Shown here: positions 1 to 7,143 of the stretch, in pieces
Position numbering within the stretch: position 1 is the first letter of the stretch
Layout of the letters: each line of letters starts with the position of its first letter
Origin: Acidobacteriota bacterium
GTDB taxonomy: Bacteria > Acidobacteriota > Thermoanaerobaculia > Multivoradales > UBA5704
Length of the DNA: 11,238 nucleotides
NCBI GenBank assembly: GCA_040005235.1
Contig: JBDTZG010000111.1
Span: forward strand, 1-11,238
Direction: 5' to 3'
The notes under the pieces: model-generated
Seen by the model: only the letters and a program-made list of their open reading frames with translations
Told to the model about the DNA's origin: nothing
Databases searched by the model: none
Position numbers and translations under genes: made by a program

Positions 1-55
1 GGTGAGACCTAAGCTATCGGAAGTCTCGTGTCTCACTCGACATTGGCAGATAGGG

Positions 56-129
56 GACTTCCCAGCCCAGGAAGTGACTTCCCACGCCAGGAAGTGGCTT
101 CCCAGACCAGGAAGTGACTCGCCAGAACC
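56..129. repeat. Tandem array of 20-bp units (3 full plus 1 degenerate), unit consensus ACTTCC-N7-GGAAGT
   Basis: GACTTCCCAGCCCAGGAAGT (56-75), GACTTCCCACGCCAGGAAGT (76-95), GGCTTCCCAGACCAGGAAGT (96-115), GACTCGCCAGAACC (116-129). ACTTCC and GGAAGT are reverse complements. Confidence 0.9.
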
Positions 130-164
130 TTTACGAGCTCGATGGGAGCGTCAGCAGCACTACT

Positions 165-779
165 TCACGTCCCGGTCAAAGCTCCGGAACGTGACGGCCA
201 AAGCGCGGCAAGGAGCAGCCAGAGCGCCAGCAGCAGGAGGAGGGGAAAGAGCGCCGGAGCCCAGCTGATGTGGAAGGCGACGGTGAGGGGCGCAGCCGCG
301 CCGTGGCCTACGGCTCCCAGGATGCCGAGCCAGCTAATCCACGGCGATCCCAGGGAGCGATCCCGTGCTCCAGCGATGATGAGTCCGATGAGCAGCACCG
401 CGAAGATCGGATAAAGGAAAACGGCCAGCCACATGTGGGTGGTGAGGACCGGCGTGGCTCTTGCCGCGAGCAGGTTGTCGTGATCGACCACCGACGCGGT
501 GTGGAAGGCCATCTCGATCGCTTGAAGCGCGGTTCCGATCGCCGCAAGACGGACCCATCGACGCGTTCTTTCAGGCGCCGCGACGCTCCGGTTGTAGAGG
601 ATCAACCCGATCAGAAGCGAGAGGAAACCGACCAACAGCAGAGAGTGCGACAGAACCCAGTTGTGATCGCCAAGCATCTCCGCCATGTTGCCGCGTGGAT
701 GCATGGGTCCCCCGGTGGAGATCAACAGCGCGGATAGAAGAAAAAACAGACGCCACAGGCCTGCCCCAGCCATTCTCAT
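165..779 (-). CDS. Hypothetical integral membrane protein (about 5-6 TM helices, possibly DUF4386-like)
   Basis: 204-aa ORF with several long hydrophobic segments. ATG at 779 is preceded by GGGAGGGAAGT (SD GGAGG). Same strand as the upstream ABC genes. The family assignment is only a resemblance. Confidence 0.8.
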   Translation of the reverse strand: MRMAGAGLWRLFFLLSALLISTGGPMHPRGNMAEMLGDHNWVLSHSLLLVGFLSLLIGLILYNRSVAAPERTRRWVRLAAIGTALQAIEMAFHTASVVDHDNLLAARATPVLTTHMWLAVFLYPIFAVLLIGLIIAGARDRSLGSPWISWLGILGAVGHGAAAPLTVAFHISWAPALFPLLLLLALWLLLAALWPSRSGALTGT

Positions 780-818
780 ACTTCCCTCCCTTGTATCGAC
801 CGCGAGTGGATTTCAGGG

Positions 819-824
819 AGTTTA
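819..824 (-). promoter_or_regulatory. Candidate sigma70 -10 box TAAACT for the membrane protein gene
   Basis: TANNNT hexamer on the minus strand about 40 bp upstream of the ATG at 779. No clear -35 box. Confidence 0.35.
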
Positions 825-827
825 CTA

Positions 828-849
828 CGGCCCCGACCGGTCGGGGCCG
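828..849. repeat. Perfect 22-bp palindrome CGGCCCCGACCGGTCGGGGCCG (hairpin or operator)
   Basis: CGGCCCCGACC is followed directly by its reverse complement, 8 bp after the permease stop codon. No U-tract follows on the transcribed minus strand. Confidence 0.85.
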
Positions 850-857
850 ATCAGTCC

Positions 858-3152
858 CTACTCGTACGCCAAAGCCTCCCGCGTCGAGAGCTTGACCGCC
901 GCCCCGGCCGGCAGTCGGGTTGCCAAGAGCCCGAAGACGATCGACGTCACGACCGTTATGACGAAGCCGACGGGGCTCCACGCGTAGCGCAAAACTGCGC
1001 CTTCGCCGAGCATCAGCTTGCCGAAGAACGCCGAGGCGACTTGGCTCAAGGGCCAGGAGAGAATCAGCCCGAGGGCGAGACCCGCGAGGCTCATGGTCAT
1101 TCCTTCGGCGACGAAGCGGCGAAGGATGCGCCGGGGCGTCGCGCCGATCGCTCGGAGGACGCCGATCTCCCGCGTCCGTTCCATCACCGTGATCGAGGTG
1201 GCGGAAGCCATGCCGAGGGCCGCCACCCAGAGGACTAGGAAGGCGAGGATCAGCAGTGTGACCAGGATGATGTTCAGGTGGTCGGCGATGATCTTCGTCC
1301 GTTCGGCGCGCGACATGACGAAGAGGACCGGAAGGTCGGACGCCGCGACGGCGCGCTCGATCTCTTTTTTCAGGTCCATCACGCCGCGAAAGTTCTTGGT
1401 CTTAGCGGTGAGCAGGAGTGAATTCACCCGGTGCTCGGGGTTGGCCCAGCGGTCGTAGAGCGTTTGAGCGAGATAGATCTTCGGCTTGTCGAGCTCTTCG
1501 GCGATGCCCACCAGGCGCGCTTGGCGCTCCGTCCCTTCGATGCGCAGCCTAAGGATCTCTCCCCTCTTCGGTTGATCGAAGAGCTGGAGGGCGGCCTGGT
1601 TCAAGACCGCCTCGGGTTCTGACGCCGATTGGATCCATCGCCCTTCGACCATTTTCAACGCGACCATCTGGGAACCGAGGGGGAGGGCGACGATGCCGAT
1701 GCCGTTGGAAGTGCCGACCCCCTCGGTTTGCAGCTCTCCCTTGCCGCCGCTCCAGGCTTCCCTCCGGTCGATGCCGGAAAGGCCGACAAGCGCGCGGGTA
1801 AAGGCCTCGCGCGGCACCGGCCGGGTGGTTGCCACCTGGAGGTCGAAGCGCATCGAATCGCGGGTAGAGGTGAGGAACTCGAACAGGCTCTGCCGAAGGT
1901 TGAAGCCGGTCGAAAAAATCGCCACGCCGAGAGCCGTCGCGAGCACCGAGACGATCATCCTCTTCGAAAGCCGTCGGCGCATCCGGATCCGCGGTTCGGC
2001 GATCGCTTCGCGGACGCTGATCCTTCCGGCGCGCAGCAGCGTCGGCCCGGCGAACAGAAAGGGGAGGAGGAGGGCCGCGACGACCAGGGCAGCTAGCACC
2101 TCGCCCGGCAGCCGAGTGGTGAGGATCTCGAAGTTCAAGAGACCGGCGCAGAATTTCGAGAATCCATATCCCGTGGCCACCGCCAGAGGGATCGCCACCA
2201 GGCCGGAGAGGACGGCAAAGAGTCCCAGATAGAGCGCGTAGATGCGCATAATCCGCGAGCGGGTGGCGCCGACCGCTTTCAAGATGCCGACCTGGCGGGT
2301 TTGCTTTGCGAGTAGGGCGGCCACGACCTGGCTCACCAGCACGGAGCTCAAAAGGAAGGCGAGCAGGCCGATCGTACCGATGATCGCGATCAGCAAATTG
2401 AGCTGCCACTGATGGGGATGTTCGAGGAATGCGGGAACGTTCACCGAAGCGACCGCCGGTCCCGTGCCCTCCCAGGACTCTCGAAGCGTCGCGAGCGCCA
2501 TTTCGACGTCCGCTTTGGAATGGACGTTCTTCCAACGGATCAGCAGCCGCCGTTCGGGAGTCTCACCGCTGAGCGCGGAGAACGTCCGGGGGTCGGTGTA
2601 GGCGTAGATCACGTGGTCCTGAGTCGCCGGAGCCTGGGCCGGATCGAACACCACGCCGCCGATCGGAACTTCGAGGTTCCGCTCGCCGGTCCGGACGCGG
2701 GCGACCGACCCGGTGTCGAGGTTTGAGATCTTGCGGCCATTGCGCTCGATCCGGATCGAACCGGCGGCTGGCGCCGCGGCCCCCGATTCGAGGCGTACCT
2801 TGGCGATCGAAGCCTGGGTGAAGTCGTCGGCGCCGTAGAGCGAGAGCGGCACCCAGACGTCGGGCCGGACCTCGATCCGCAGCAGGGCGTGATCGCGCCA
2901 TGTGGCCGCCTCGATCTCCGGCCGGGCGCGGAGCGTCGCGAGATCGATCTGCCCGGCTTCCTGGAAGGTGACGACCGCGTGGGGCGGGATGGTTCCCAGG
3001 AAGTTCTGCCTTAGGTCGCGGCTCAAGACTCGGTAGGCGACCCCCACCGAGCCGACGCCCCAGAGTCCGAGGGCCAGGGCGAAAACGACGAGCAGCGACT
3101 TAGCCCCGCCGGCGCGCACGTCGCGCCAGGCTTTGAGGATCTGGAATCTCAT
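858..3152 (-). CDS. ABC transporter permease, MacB/FtsX-like (two periplasmic core domain + FtsX repeats)
   Basis: 764 aa with two FtsX C-terminal motifs (KQTRQVGILKAVGAT and ERTREIGVLRAIGATP), C-terminal STREALAYE, and an ATGA overlap with the ATPase stop at 3149-3152. Confidence 0.93.
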   Translation of the reverse strand: MRFQILKAWRDVRAGGAKSLLVVFALALGLWGVGSVGVAYRVLSRDLRQNFLGTIPPHAVVTFQEAGQIDLATLRARPEIEAATWRDHALLRIEVRPDVWVPLSLYGADDFTQASIAKVRLESGAAAPAAGSIRIERNGRKISNLDTGSVARVRTGERNLEVPIGGVVFDPAQAPATQDHVIYAYTDPRTFSALSGETPERRLLIRWKNVHSKADVEMALATLRESWEGTGPAVASVNVPAFLEHPHQWQLNLLIAIIGTIGLLAFLLSSVLVSQVVAALLAKQTRQVGILKAVGATRSRIMRIYALYLGLFAVLSGLVAIPLAVATGYGFSKFCAGLLNFEILTTRLPGEVLAALVVAALLLPFLFAGPTLLRAGRISVREAIAEPRIRMRRRLSKRMIVSVLATALGVAIFSTGFNLRQSLFEFLTSTRDSMRFDLQVATTRPVPREAFTRALVGLSGIDRREAWSGGKGELQTEGVGTSNGIGIVALPLGSQMVALKMVEGRWIQSASEPEAVLNQAALQLFDQPKRGEILRLRIEGTERQARLVGIAEELDKPKIYLAQTLYDRWANPEHRVNSLLLTAKTKNFRGVMDLKKEIERAVAASDLPVLFVMSRAERTKIIADHLNIILVTLLILAFLVLWVAALGMASATSITVMERTREIGVLRAIGATPRRILRRFVAEGMTMSLAGLALGLILSWPLSQVASAFFGKLMLGEGAVLRYAWSPVGFVITVVTSIVFGLLATRLPAGAAVKLSTREALAYE

Positions 3153-3847
3153 GGCCGGCTCCGTTCGTCGGCGACGACCCGGCCGTCGCGGAGGGTGACG
3201 ACGCGGCCGAACTCCGCACCGACGTTCCGCTCGTGGGTGACCACGACGACGGTTTTGCCGGATTCGACTTGGGCCCGAAAGATCGCGAGCACCTTCTCGG
3301 CGTTTTGGCTGTCGAGGTTGCCGGTCGGCTCGTCGGCCACCAGGAGGGGCGGGTCGTTCGCCAAAGCCCGGGCGATCGCCGCCCGTTGCTGCTCGCCGCC
3401 CGACAGCTCGGCCGGAAGCTTGGCGGCCTGCGCTTCGATCCCCGTCTGCGCGAGCAGCGCACGAGCCCGGCTCCGGCGTTCCGCTTTGGGGACCACGTTC
3501 ACGAATTCCATCGGCAGCAGCAGGTTTTCGAGGATCGTGAGATTCGGGATCAGCTGGAAGAACTGGAAGACGATTCCCACCGTCCGCCCGCGCCAGAGCG
3601 CCAAAGGTCCTTCCGCGAGGGTGTGGACCTTCGTGCCGCCGACCTCGACCTCGCCCCGGGTGGGGTGGTCGATGCCGGTGATCATGTTCAAGAGCGACGA
3701 CTTGCCACTGCCCGAGGAGCCGACGATCGCCAGATGTTCCCCGGCGGCGACCGCGAGGCTGACGTCTTTAAGCGCCGGATAGGGCGCCCCGGCCGGGCCA
3801 TAGTTCAAGGAGACTGCTTTGAGCTGGATGAGATTCGACGTTTGCAT
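3149..3847 (-). CDS. ABC transporter ATP-binding protein, LolD/MacB family
   Basis: Likely start MQTSNLIQLK at ATG 3847 with GGAG upstream (232 aa). Walker A GSSGSGKS, Q-loop GIVFQFFQL, signature LSGGEQQR, Walker B LLVADEPTGNLD, H-loop VVVTH. Confidence 0.95.
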   Translation of the reverse strand: MQTSNLIQLKAVSLNYGPAGAPYPALKDVSLAVAAGEHLAIVGSSGSGKSSLLNMITGIDHPTRGEVEVGGTKVHTLAEGPLALWRGRTVGIVFQFFQLIPNLTILENLLLPMEFVNVVPKAERRSRARALLAQTGIEAQAAKLPAELSGGEQQRAAIARALANDPPLLVADEPTGNLDSQNAEKVLAIFRAQVESGKTVVVVTHERNVGAEFGRVVTLRDGRVVADERSRP

Positions 3848-3915
3848 GCGCGTCTGGCTCCGTAGGGTAAGTCCAACGAGGCCCGACTTTGGCGGCTCGC
3901 GCGGCTCGCGTCGTC

Positions 3916-5073
3916 TCAACGGGACGGTCGAGACTCGATTTCTTCCTCGCGGAGCTGGGAAGGGGTCTTCCCCGTGTGCTTGAGCACGACTTTGTTGAAC
4001 GTGGGCTTTGAATTGAAGCCGGCGTCGAAGGCGAGGGTGAGAATCTTCTCCGCCTGAAGCCGCGGGTCGGCCAGCAGGGCGCGGAATTCCCGGACGCGGT
4101 AGCCGTTCACCAGATCGTAGAAATTCACCCCCAGCTCCTGGTTGATCACCGCCGAGAGGTGATTGCGCGGCACTTCCAACAGCCGGGCGAGGTCGGCGAG
4201 ACCCAGCTCCGGTTCGAGATAGGGCTTCTTCTTCTCCAGGGTTTCGAGCAGAGCGCCCATTAAGCGCAGCGCCTCCGGCTTCGGCAGGGCGGGTCGCGCC
4301 CCGAGGCTCGATTCTCCCATCGGGGAGTTTGGAGAGAGCTCGGGTAGCGCCAAAGTCTCCGGAGTTTCGGGGAGCGGCAGAATTTCGGGGGTCTCGGGCG
4401 TCTTCTGGCGCAGCCCCCGGTACCCCAGCACCCAAACCGCGGCGGCCGTCGCTACGGTGAGTCCGTGGCTCAAGATCGAACGCGGTAGATGATGAAGCAG
4501 CAGAAGGGGCACCGCCCAGGCGACGACGCAGAGGGAGAGCACCACGTAGTAAAACCAGCGGAGCCAATCGAGGTCGACCCGGTCGAGGTTCGAGACCCTG
4601 GTTTTGAGCGAGTCCTGGTAGCGGCGCAGAATGCGCACCGTGGGAACCCAATAGGCGAGCATCTGAACCGACAGAAGGCCCCAGAGCCCGAACGAGATCC
4701 AGGGCGAGCCACCCGCGTGGAGAGAGAACACCAAGGCGACCGTGGCGGCGAAGAGTGCCGGAAGAAAATGGAGCGCATGGCGGGCGCGGAGGGGAAATCC
4801 GCCGTGGAGCAGCGATGCGGCGTACGCCGTCATCAAGGGGGCCAGGAGGAACTGGAACGGTTCAAAGAAATGCCCCGGCCCCGACCGCGGCAGCCCGAGC
4901 GCCCTCACCAGAACCGGATGGGCGGAATTCAACGCGCAGGCGAGGATGAGCAGGCCCAGGATCTGCCGAGATCGGGCGCCCCGTCCTCCTTGGGTCATCA
5001 GGAAGAAGACCAGAAAGACCCCCAAAAACAGGATCCCGCCCGACAGAAACCCGAAAGCCTGCTCAAGATCCAT
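3916..5073 (-). CDS. Membrane-anchored AraC-family transcriptional regulator (N-terminal multi-TM sensor, C-terminal HTH)
   Basis: 385 aa. About 7 hydrophobic segments are followed by AraC motifs KPYLEPELGLADLA...LSAVINQELGVNFYDLVNGYRV...ILTLAFDAGFNSKPTFNKVVLKHTGKTPSQLR. Confidence 0.93.
   Translation of the reverse strand: MDLEQAFGFLSGGILFLGVFLVFFLMTQGGRGARSRQILGLLILACALNSAHPVLVRALGLPRSGPGHFFEPFQFLLAPLMTAYAASLLHGGFPLRARHALHFLPALFAATVALVFSLHAGGSPWISFGLWGLLSVQMLAYWVPTVRILRRYQDSLKTRVSNLDRVDLDWLRWFYYVVLSLCVVAWAVPLLLLHHLPRSILSHGLTVATAAAVWVLGYRGLRQKTPETPEILPLPETPETLALPELSPNSPMGESSLGARPALPKPEALRLMGALLETLEKKKPYLEPELGLADLARLLEVPRNHLSAVINQELGVNFYDLVNGYRVREFRALLADPRLQAEKILTLAFDAGFNSKPTFNKVVLKHTGKTPSQLREEEIESRPSR
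4339..4398 (-). repeat. In-frame 27-bp degenerate tandem duplication in the AraC linker (PETPEILPL / PETPETLAL / PE)
   Basis: Minus strand reads CCCGAGACCCCCGAAATTCTGCCGCTC CCCGAAACTCCGGAGACTTTGGCGCTA CCCGAG. Confidence 0.65.
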
Positions 5074-5091
5074 GGCGGCTTTCCGCCCTGC

Positions 5092-5319
5092 CTACAGCAA
5101 TACCTCGAGATCTTCCGCGGTCAAGCCGGCCTGCCGAAGGATCGACCGTAGCGTCCCGACCGGCAGGGTGTGATTGCCGTGAACTGGCACCACGACGAGC
5201 CCGCCAACCCCTGATTTTCGAAGGTAGTGGTGACTACCGCGCACGTGGGTCAGTACGAAACCCTTCCGCTGAAGGACCGCAAGAACCTCCTTGCCGGTGG
5301 CTTTCGGCAGTCGGCTCAA
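5092..5319 (-). CDS. hicA: HicA-family toxin (mRNA interferase), type II TA
   Basis: 75 aa from TTG at 5319, in a TTGA overlap with the hicB stop: MSRLPKATGKEVLAVLQRKGFVLTHVRGSHHYLRK...VVVPVHGNHTLPVGTLRSILRQAGL. Contains the GSH catalytic motif and the VPxH...GTLxSI motif. Confidence 0.93.
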   Translation of the reverse strand: MSRLPKATGKEVLAVLQRKGFVLTHVRGSHHYLRKSGVGGLVVVPVHGNHTLPVGTLRSILRQAGLTAEDLEVLL

Positions 5320-5540
5320 CCGACAGCGACCTCGAGATCTACCAGCTCGGTGTTGCTCGGAATGGGTAGGCTCTCTTTCTCGGCCGCTTCCAGATAGCCC
5401 AGGATCGCCTCGCGGGTCTGGTCGAGCGCTTCTTCTCTCGTCTCTCCGAAGGTCGAGAGCCCATTGAGAGTCGGCACGTAGGTCACCCAGACCTCCGATT
5501 CGGCATCCCATTCGAGCAGGACGTTGAAGTGCTGGGTCAT
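5316..5540 (-). CDS. hicB: HicB-family antitoxin (short form, no C-terminal DNA-binding domain)
   Basis: 74 aa MTQHFNVLLEWDAESEVWVTYVPTLNGLSTFGETREEALDQTREAILGYLE..., matching the VPxLxG-x-T/S-xGxTxEEA HicB motif. GGAAGGA lies upstream of ATG 5540. Confidence 0.93.
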   Translation of the reverse strand: MTQHFNVLLEWDAESEVWVTYVPTLNGLSTFGETREEALDQTREAILGYLEAAEKESLPIPSNTELVDLEVAVG

Positions 5541-5586
5541 GACCGTCCTTCCAAAGCACACAGCGCACCGTTGCGCCTCGACCAAG

Positions 5587-5592
5587 ATCGTA
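5587..5592 (-). promoter_or_regulatory. Candidate -10 box TACGAT for hicBA
   Basis: TANNNT hexamer about 47 bp upstream of the hicB ATG. A short inverted repeat GCGCA-CCGT-TGCGC lies just downstream at 5563-5576. No convincing -35 box. Confidence 0.4.
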
Positions 5593-5671
5593 CTCCAGTT
5601 GGCCTGCGCTCCTACGGCGACTCCGCCAGATCCAGCCGATACACCCCCGCGAAGCGCTCCCCCTCGTTGAC

Positions 5672-7141
5672 TTACCCCCGACCCCCGGACACGAGATGGT
5701 TGTACAAGCTTACGTAGCTCGTTCCGACTTCGTCCCAGGAAAAATTCTGAGACATGCCGTTCTTCATCAAGTGGTCCCAAAGAGGGCGGTTGGGGAAGTG
5801 TTCGAGCGCCTGGCCCAGGGCCCAGGCGAAGCCTTCGGGGGTGAAGTGATCGAAAACGAAGCCGGTGCCGCGGCCGGACGAGGGGTCGAACGGCGCCACC
5901 GTATCGGCCAGGCCGCCGGTCTTGTGGACGATCGGCGGCGTGCCGTAGCGCAGGCTGTACATCTGGTTCAAGCCGCATGGCTCGAATTTGGACGGCATCA
6001 AGAAGACGTCGGCCGCCGCCTCGATGCGGTGGGCGAGCGGGTTGTTGAAGCCGCGATAGAACCAGACTTTGCCGGGAAACAGGTGCTGCAGCGAGGAGAA
6101 GAACTCCTCGTAGCGCGGCTCGCCGCTCCCCAGGGCGACCAGCCGGACTTCCCGGTGAGCGAGAAAAAGCGGCAGGGTGGAAAACAGGAGATCGAAACCC
6201 TTCTGCGGCGTCAGGCGCGAAACGATCCCGAGCAGCGGAATGTCGAGCCGCTCTTCGCCCTCCCGGTCGAAGCCGGCGTCGCGGAGCATCGCCCGCTTGT
6301 TCTCCCCTTTTCCGGCCAAGTCGTGGATCGAGAAATTCGCTGGCAGGTGCAGGTCGGTCGCCGGGTCCCACTCGCCGTAATCGACGCCGTTGACCAGGCC
6401 CATCACGCCGCGCGAGCGGAGCAGCGGCTCCAGGCCGTAGCCGAGGTTGTCTTGAATCTCGCGCGCGTAGGTGGGGGAGACGGCGGTGACCACGTCGGCG
6501 TGGAGGATGCCGTTCTTCAGATGATTGACGTGGCCGGACCGGTAATCCTCTTGATGGAACAGGTAGGCCCACTTGGAAAGGCCAAGATCCTCCACCAGCT
6601 GGCGGTCGACCACTCCCTGGTAGCCGGCATTGTGGATCGTCAGCACCGTCTTGGTCTTCTCGAACAGGTGGTCCCAGGCGAAATGGCTCTTCAAGAAGAT
6701 CGGCGCGAGCGAGGTGTGCCAGTCGTGGACGTGGACGATGTCCGGTCCCCAACCCATCCGCTGGCAGGATTCGAACGCCGCAAGCGTCAAAACCGCGAAG
6801 CGGCGGGCGTCCGCCCAATCCCCCTGGTAAATCCCTTCCGCGCCGTACAGGTCCGGGCAATCGACGAAATAGACGTCTACTTTGTCGTCGCTTCCGGGAA
6901 GCTTCGCGGTGCGTAGGCCGTAGGTGAATTTCAAGGCGCCAAGCTGGAGAGGCACGTTTTGGATGAAGTCGACCGCGGGAAACTTCTCGGGCGTCTTCGC
7001 GAGGCTCGCGTAGAAGGGGACGAAGATCCGCACGTCGCCCCCCTGTCGGGCGAGGAAGCTCGACAGGCCGGAGGCGACGTCGCCCAGGCCCCCCGTCTTC
7101 GCGAACGGCGAGAGCTCGGCCGCGATCTGGCAGATTTTCAT
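5672..7141 (-). CDS. glgA: Glycogen synthase (ADP-glucose dependent, GT5)
   Basis: Start MKICQIAAELSPFAKTGGLGDV at ATG 7141, 2 bp after the glgC stop (489 aa). Motifs KTGGL, HVHDWHT, TIHNxGYQG, SRLTPQKG, MPSKFEPCGLNQ, KTGGLADTV. Confidence 0.97.
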   Translation of the reverse strand: MKICQIAAELSPFAKTGGLGDVASGLSSFLARQGGDVRIFVPFYASLAKTPEKFPAVDFIQNVPLQLGALKFTYGLRTAKLPGSDDKVDVYFVDCPDLYGAEGIYQGDWADARRFAVLTLAAFESCQRMGWGPDIVHVHDWHTSLAPIFLKSHFAWDHLFEKTKTVLTIHNAGYQGVVDRQLVEDLGLSKWAYLFHQEDYRSGHVNHLKNGILHADVVTAVSPTYAREIQDNLGYGLEPLLRSRGVMGLVNGVDYGEWDPATDLHLPANFSIHDLAGKGENKRAMLRDAGFDREGEERLDIPLLGIVSRLTPQKGFDLLFSTLPLFLAHREVRLVALGSGEPRYEEFFSSLQHLFPGKVWFYRGFNNPLAHRIEAAADVFLMPSKFEPCGLNQMYSLRYGTPPIVHKTGGLADTVAPFDPSSGRGTGFVFDHFTPEGFAWALGQALEHFPNRPLWDHLMKNGMSQNFSWDEVGTSYVSLYNHLVSGGRG

Positions 7142-7143
7142 GG

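Noticed and set aside
2-36. Inverted repeat GTGAGAC-N21-GTCTCAC as an IS end
   Set aside because: The arms are only 7 bp, it lies at the window edge, and no transposase or partner end is visible.
56-129. CRISPR array interpretation of the 20-bp repeats
   Set aside because: The variable parts are only 7 nt and resemble one another. There are no unique spacers of about 30 nt and no cas genes in the window.
3848-4651. N-terminal extension of the 500-aa ORF 3149..4651
   Set aside because: It is an out-of-frame overlap with araC and is Arg/Pro/Gly-rich. The ATPase plausibly starts at ATG 3847.
5541-6860. 514-aa ORF 5316..6860 as a large HicB fusion
   Set aside because: It is an alternative frame over glgA. 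Only the last 74 codons resemble HicB, and they have their own SD and ATG.
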